Assembly (NCBI GenBank): GCA_020348445.1
Contig: CP070751.1
Span: 4,653,060 to 4,717,059 of the forward strand
DNA length: 64,000 bases
Direction: 5' to 3'
From: Thermoplasmata archaeon
GTDB taxonomy: Archaea > Thermoplasmatota > Thermoplasmata > GCA-020350865
Part shown: in pieces, positions 59,628-64,000 of the stretch
Position numbering within the stretch: position 1 is the stretch's first letter
Layout: each line of letters opens with the position of its first letter
Made by a program: the position numbers and the translations under genes
The notes under the pieces: model-generated
What the model was told of the DNA's origin: nothing
Seen by the model: only the letters and a program-made list of their open reading frames with translations
The model's database searches: none

Positions 59628-62600
59628 ATGACATCAATTAAAGTGAAATTAGATGGAAATGAGATTCAGGCCTCAGCTGGCCAGACTATAATTGAGGTAT
59701 GCAGGGAAAATAACATCCAAATTCCAACTTTATGTTATGACAAGCAATTAACTCCCATTGGTAATTGTGGAATTTGTGTGGTGGAAATTAGGGGATACGG
59801 CATGGTTGCCTCATGTGCAACCAGGGTGGGAGAAGGCATGACAATTGAGACGAAAAACCCCAATGTCTTATCGGCCCGCAAAAAGCGATTGGAAGAACTG
59901 CTTTCCCATCACTATGGAGACTGCATTGCACCCTGTATCATGACCTGCCCTGCTGGCGTGGACATTCAAGGTTACATAGCTTTGATTGCAATTGGGGCTT
60001 ACAAAGAAGCCTATGACTTGATGCGTGAATGCATTCCTCTCCCAGCAACAATTGGACGCATCTGTCCTCATCCCTGTGAAGGTGTATGCCGAAGAAATAT
60101 CGTTGACCAACCTTTATCCATCTGCAAATTGAAAAGATATGCGGCAGATAGCGTGATTTTAAATGGTGAGGAGCAAATCCCAGAAGTTGAATCCAAAAGC
60201 GGTAAGAAGGTTGCCGTGGTTGGTTCAGGTCCTGCTGGGCTTTCTGCTGCATATTACCTTGCCCTAATGGGTCACGAGCCCGTGATTTTCGAGTCTTTAC
60301 CCAAACCCGGAGGCATGCTTCGTTACGGAATACCCGATTACCGCCTTCCACAGGATGTCCTTGATTTGGAGATAGAGAATATTCTAAAGCATGGCATCAC
60401 CCTGAAAACTGGGATGACTCTTGGTAAGGATTTCACAATTGATTCACTCTTTACAGACGGGTATGATGCCATATTTCTTGCAATTGGTGCGCATAAGAGC
60501 TACAGCATGAGAATCGAAGGTGAAGATCTTGAGGGTGTTCATCTTGGAACCGATTTTTTAAGAGATGTAACATTTGACAAATCCCCGGATATCAAAGGGA
60601 AAAAGGTGGTGGTCATAGGGGGAGGTAACACGGCAATTGACACCTCACGCACCGCTTTGCGTTTAGGTGCAGATTCTGTAACGATCCTCTACCGCCGCTC
60701 AAGGGTGGAAATGCCTGCCAGCGATTGGGAGATAGAGGAAGCTGAGGAAGAGGGTATTGAATTACATATATTGGCTGCTCCAAAAAAAGTAATTGGAAAG
60801 GATGGGAAGGTAAGTGTCCTTGAATGCATTAAAATGGAATTGGGCGAGCCTGATGATAGCGGAAGGAGAAGACCGATTCCAATAGAAGGTTCTGAGTTCA
60901 CGTTAGATGTGGATGTCGTGATAGCCGCAATTGGACAGGTCGCAGATCTCTCCTGTTTACCTGAAGAAAGCAAGGTTGAGGTTACCACCTGGAATATAGT
61001 TGCTTACGATGATTCTCTAATGACAAAAAGAGTAGGAGTTTTTGCAGGTGGGGATTGTGTTCTTGGTGCCGCAACTGCAATTGAGGCAATAGCACAGGGA
61101 AAGAAGGCTGCTGAGTCAATTGACATTTTCCTAAAAGGTGAAGGGCAAGAGACCAAAGAAGAGCTCATCAATGTTACAAAAGGCCTGTGGGAGGATATAG
61201 ACAAAAATGAACTTGCCCATGTTGAATCCCAGGAAAGATATAAACTTCCAACTTTAACACCTAGTGAAAGAAGAACCAATTTCCAGGAATTTGAATCTGG
61301 ATTTTCTGAAAATGATGCAAAGTCCGAGGCTGCCCGCTGCCTGGAATGCGGCTGCAAAGCTGCTTTGGACTGTGAACTGAGAACCCTGGCTTCTGAATAT
61401 GAAGTATATCCTACAGACACAGTGGATGAACCCTATTATCCTGTGGATTATTCTCATCCCTTTATCGAGCGGGATCCAAACAAATGCATTGCATGCGGGC
61501 TTTGTGTTGCCACATGCAGGGAGCTTCAGGGAGTGGGGGCAGTAAGCATGTCCTACAGGGTCAACAAATTAGAGGATATTTGCGAACACTGTGGTCATTG
61601 CGTGGCTGCATGTCCCACAGGGACCCTAGTCTCAAACAAAGCCCTTGTACCCTCACACGAGGTCAGGACCATATGTCCATATTGCGGTTGCGGATGTGGT
61701 ATGTATCTGGGAGTCAGGGGAAATCGAGTTGTCAACGTAAGAGGCGATTTTAACAATCCCTCAAATTCTGGAAGACTCTGTGTAAAAGGGAGGTTCGGGT
61801 ACGATTTCATAAACCATCCTGATCGGTTGACTGATCCTCTTATGAGACAAAACGGGGAATTTGTCAAGAAAAGTTGGGAAGAGGCCTTGGATTTTGTTGC
61901 CGAGAAATTCTTAAAATACAAGCCCGAAGAGGTGGCAGTGCTTTCATCTGCAAGATGCACAAACGAGGAGAACTATGTGGTTCAGAAATTTGCCAGGGCT
62001 GTTTTAAAAACCAATAGTGTGGATCACTGCGCAAGGCTTTGCCATGCTCCAACTGTAGCGGGGCTGGTGAAAAGCTTTGGAAGTGGGGCCATGACTAACT
62101 CCATCGGAGAGGTAAGGGATGCAAAATGCATCTTCTCCATCGGCTCCAACACAACAGAGACACACCCTATAATCGGATTGGAAGTAAAGCGTGCCGTGCA
62201 AAACGGGGCCAAGGTTATTGTGGCAAATCCCAAAAGAATAGATCTTGTCAATATCGCAGACATCTGGCTTCAGCAAAGACCAGGTAGTGATGTGGCCCTT
62301 CTTATGGGGATGTGCAAAGTCATTCTTGATGAAGGCTTGGACAAACAGGATTTCTTTGAAGTGAGATGCGAAAACTTCGGGATCTTTAAAGATTCACTTG
62401 CAGATTTCACCCCCGAATTCGTGGAAAAGGCAACTGGAATTGAATGGGAGAAGATTGCCGAGGCAGCGAAAATATATGCAAAGAACTCTCCTGCTTCCAC
62501 ACTCTTTGCCATGGGAATAACACAGCATTCCCACGGAACAGACAATGTCCTTGCTGTGGCGAACCTCGCCATGCTTACCGGAAACGTGGGAAAGGAGAGT

Positions 62601-63680
62601 GCAGGGGTAAATCCACTTCGGGGGCAAAACAACGTTCAGGGTGCATGCGATCTAGGGGCTTTACCAAATGTGTATCCTGGGTACCAGCGTGTGAATGATG
62701 AAGCCGTGCAAAAGAAATTCGAGGATGCCTGGGGTGTGGAACTGGATCCCAATCCCGGTCTCACAGTTACAGAGATAATTGATGCTGCACACAAGGGACA
62801 GATCAAAGCCCTGTATATTGTTGGTGAGAATCCCATGCTCTCTGATCCTGATATAAATCATGTGAGGGAGGCACTTCAAAAACTTGAACTCCTCGTGGTA
62901 AATGATATATTCCTTTCAGAAACTGCACAATTTGCCCATGTCGTGTTTCCTGCGGCAAGTTTTGCAGAAAAAGATGGTACATATACCAATACAGAAAGGA
63001 GGATCCAGAGAATCAGAACCGCAATCGAGCCTGTGGGTAATAGCATGCCTGATTGGTGGATAGTAGGTGAGGTGGCGAGGCACATGAATGCAAAGGGTTT
63101 TGAGTTTGTCAATGCATCTGATATCATGGATGAGATCGCTTCAGTTTCACCCATTTATGGCGGTATAAGTTTCCAAAGAATAGAGGATGTGGGCCTGCAG
63201 TGGCCCTGTCCAAATACTGATCACCCCGGTACAAAATTCCTGCATGAAGATAAATTTTCAAGGGGTCTGGGTTGCTTCCAGCGTTTGGAGTACAGGCCTC
63301 CTGCTGAGCTGCCTGATGAGGAATATCCACTTGTTCTAACCACAGCGCGTATGCTGTATCACTTCCATACAGGTACAATGACCCGAAAGGTGGAGGGTTT
63401 AAATGTCATCCGCCCCACAGAAAGGGTTGAGATCAATCCTGGTGACTCGGAAAAGTTGAATATCGCTCATGATGAGAAAATCAATATAATCTCCCGCCGC
63501 GGTAAAATCACAGGGAAAGCCTTTATAACAGAAAATGTCCCCCCTGGGGTGATTTCCATGAGCTTCCATTTTGCCGAAACACCTACAAATGCCCTGACAA
63601 ATCCCGTGCTAGACCCAGTCTCAAAGATCCCTGAGCTGAAAGTGTGCGCCGTTAGAGTGGAGAAGGTGAAAGACCAATAA
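59628..63680 (+). CDS. Fused NAD(P)-linked Mo/W formate dehydrogenase alpha: [2Fe-2S] + GltD-like flavin/NADPH module + 2x[4Fe-4S] + Mo-bisPGD domain
   Basis: NCGICVV..SC; GRICPHPCE; GSGPAG; GGGNTA..YRRS; CPYCGCGC; DHCARLCHAPT (Cys ligand); LRGQNNVQG; PELKVCAV. Confidence 0.9.
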   Translation: MTSIKVKLDGNEIQASAGQTIIEVCRENNIQIPTLCYDKQLTPIGNCGICVVEIRGYGMVASCATRVGEGMTIETKNPNVLSARKKRLEELLSHHYGDCIAPCIMTCPAGVDIQGYIALIAIGAYKEAYDLMRECIPLPATIGRICPHPCEGVCRRNIVDQPLSICKLKRYAADSVILNGEEQIPEVESKSGKKVAVVGSGPAGLSAAYYLALMGHEPVIFESLPKPGGMLRYGIPDYRLPQDVLDLEIENILKHGITLKTGMTLGKDFTIDSLFTDGYDAIFLAIGAHKSYSMRIEGEDLEGVHLGTDFLRDVTFDKSPDIKGKKVVVIGGGNTAIDTSRTALRLGADSVTILYRRSRVEMPASDWEIEEAEEEGIELHILAAPKKVIGKDGKVSVLECIKMELGEPDDSGRRRPIPIEGSEFTLDVDVVIAAIGQVADLSCLPEESKVEVTTWNIVAYDDSLMTKRVGVFAGGDCVLGAATAIEAIAQGKKAAESIDIFLKGEGQETKEELINVTKGLWEDIDKNELAHVESQERYKLPTLTPSERRTNFQEFESGFSENDAKSEAARCLECGCKAALDCELRTLASEYEVYPTDTVDEPYYPVDYSHPFIERDPNKCIACGLCVATCRELQGVGAVSMSYRVNKLEDICEHCGHCVAACPTGTLVSNKALVPSHEVRTICPYCGCGCGMYLGVRGNRVVNVRGDFNNPSNSGRLCVKGRFGYDFINHPDRLTDPLMRQNGEFVKKSWEEALDFVAEKFLKYKPEEVAVLSSARCTNEENYVVQKFARAVLKTNSVDHCARLCHAPTVAGLVKSFGSGAMTNSIGEVRDAKCIFSIGSNTTETHPIIGLEVKRAVQNGAKVIVANPKRIDLVNIADIWLQQRPGSDVALLMGMCKVILDEGLDKQDFFEVRCENFGIFKDSLADFTPEFVEKATGIEWEKIAEAAKIYAKNSPASTLFAMGITQHSHGTDNVLAVANLAMLTGNVGKESAGVNPLRGQNNVQGACDLGALPNVYPGYQRVNDEAVQKKFEDAWGVELDPNPGLTVTEIIDAAHKGQIKALYIVGENPMLSDPDINHVREALQKLELLVVNDIFLSETAQFAHVVFPAASFAEKDGTYTNTERRIQRIRTAIEPVGNSMPDWWIVGEVARHMNAKGFEFVNASDIMDEIASVSPIYGGISFQRIEDVGLQWPCPNTDHPGTKFLHEDKFSRGLGCFQRLEYRPPAELPDEEYPLVLTTARMLYHFHTGTMTRKVEGLNVIRPTERVEINPGDSEKLNIAHDEKINIISRRGKITGKAFITENVPPGVISMSFHFAETPTNALTNPVLDPVSKIPELKVCAVRVEKVKDQ

Positions 63681-63761
63681 GTGGATGAGAATTCCCCAAA
63701 ATACCCCGTTTTTTAGCCAAATTAATCCAATACTTTAACCAATCTGAAGCAAAAGTATATT

Positions 63762-63779
63762 AACATGTATGTACATGTT
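63762..63779. promoter_or_regulatory. Perfect 18-bp palindrome next to TATA boxes (putative operator of the next gene)
   Basis: AACATGTA-TG-TACATGTT, preceded by AAAAGTATATTAA and followed by TATATAAA (63783-63790). Confidence 0.6.
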
Positions 63780-64000
63780 CCCTATATAAAGCCTTTAGGA
63801 CGATAGGAGGTGAGGATTCACTTCATATGTCTGCAAAAGCGGATTTATCTGGAGGGGATTCTTCTGCTGAAGTGGCATATGGGGTGATTCTTCTCCAATT
63901 ACTGTACTTTAGGCTAGCAGAGAAATTTCAGTGATCTCAGAGGTGGAATTATGAGGAATGGGACAAGGGGGGGTAAATCCCTCAAGAGAGCGAACACTAT

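Noticed and set aside
62020-62060. Selenocysteine at the FDH active site
   Set aside because: The frame reads ARLCH with a TGC codon and there is no in-frame TGA.

Overview
Archaeal chromosome segment, most consistent with an uncultured Thermoplasmata lineage. This is inferred from gene content (adkA, rpl44e-rps27e-eif2a-nop10-PAC2, tbp, aMBF1-pan, archaeal CCA enzyme, class V FBPase, DUF5611/DUF2240) and an abundance of Zn-ribbon and surface proteins. Housekeeping blocks alternate with large secreted or surface proteins: a 3767-aa integrin-alpha-like adhesin, an M14 carboxypeptidase, a beta-helix protein and TSP3-repeat paralogs. There is also a small AT-rich cassette (DUF5678, a frameshifted retropepsin, HEPN-MNT) and a folD plus fused NAD(P)-linked formate dehydrogenase locus. 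Elements absent from the ORF track: (1) a three-hairpin H/ACA pseudouridylation guide RNA at about 6426-6637 (minus), with K-turns and pockets matching 23S rRNA H69 and the peptidyl-transferase centre, next to the nop10 operon; (2) a 50-aa, 64%-lysine protamine-like microprotein at 43207-43359 (minus); (3) a 52-aa 8-Cys zinc-finger microprotein; (4) a palindromic operator set around a double-RHH cdrS-like gene upstream of ftsZ; (5) tRNA-Arg(CCT) with a duplicated and an inverted copy of its 3' end. No CRISPR array, transposase or integrase was seen. All family calls come from motif recognition by eye, not from database searches.
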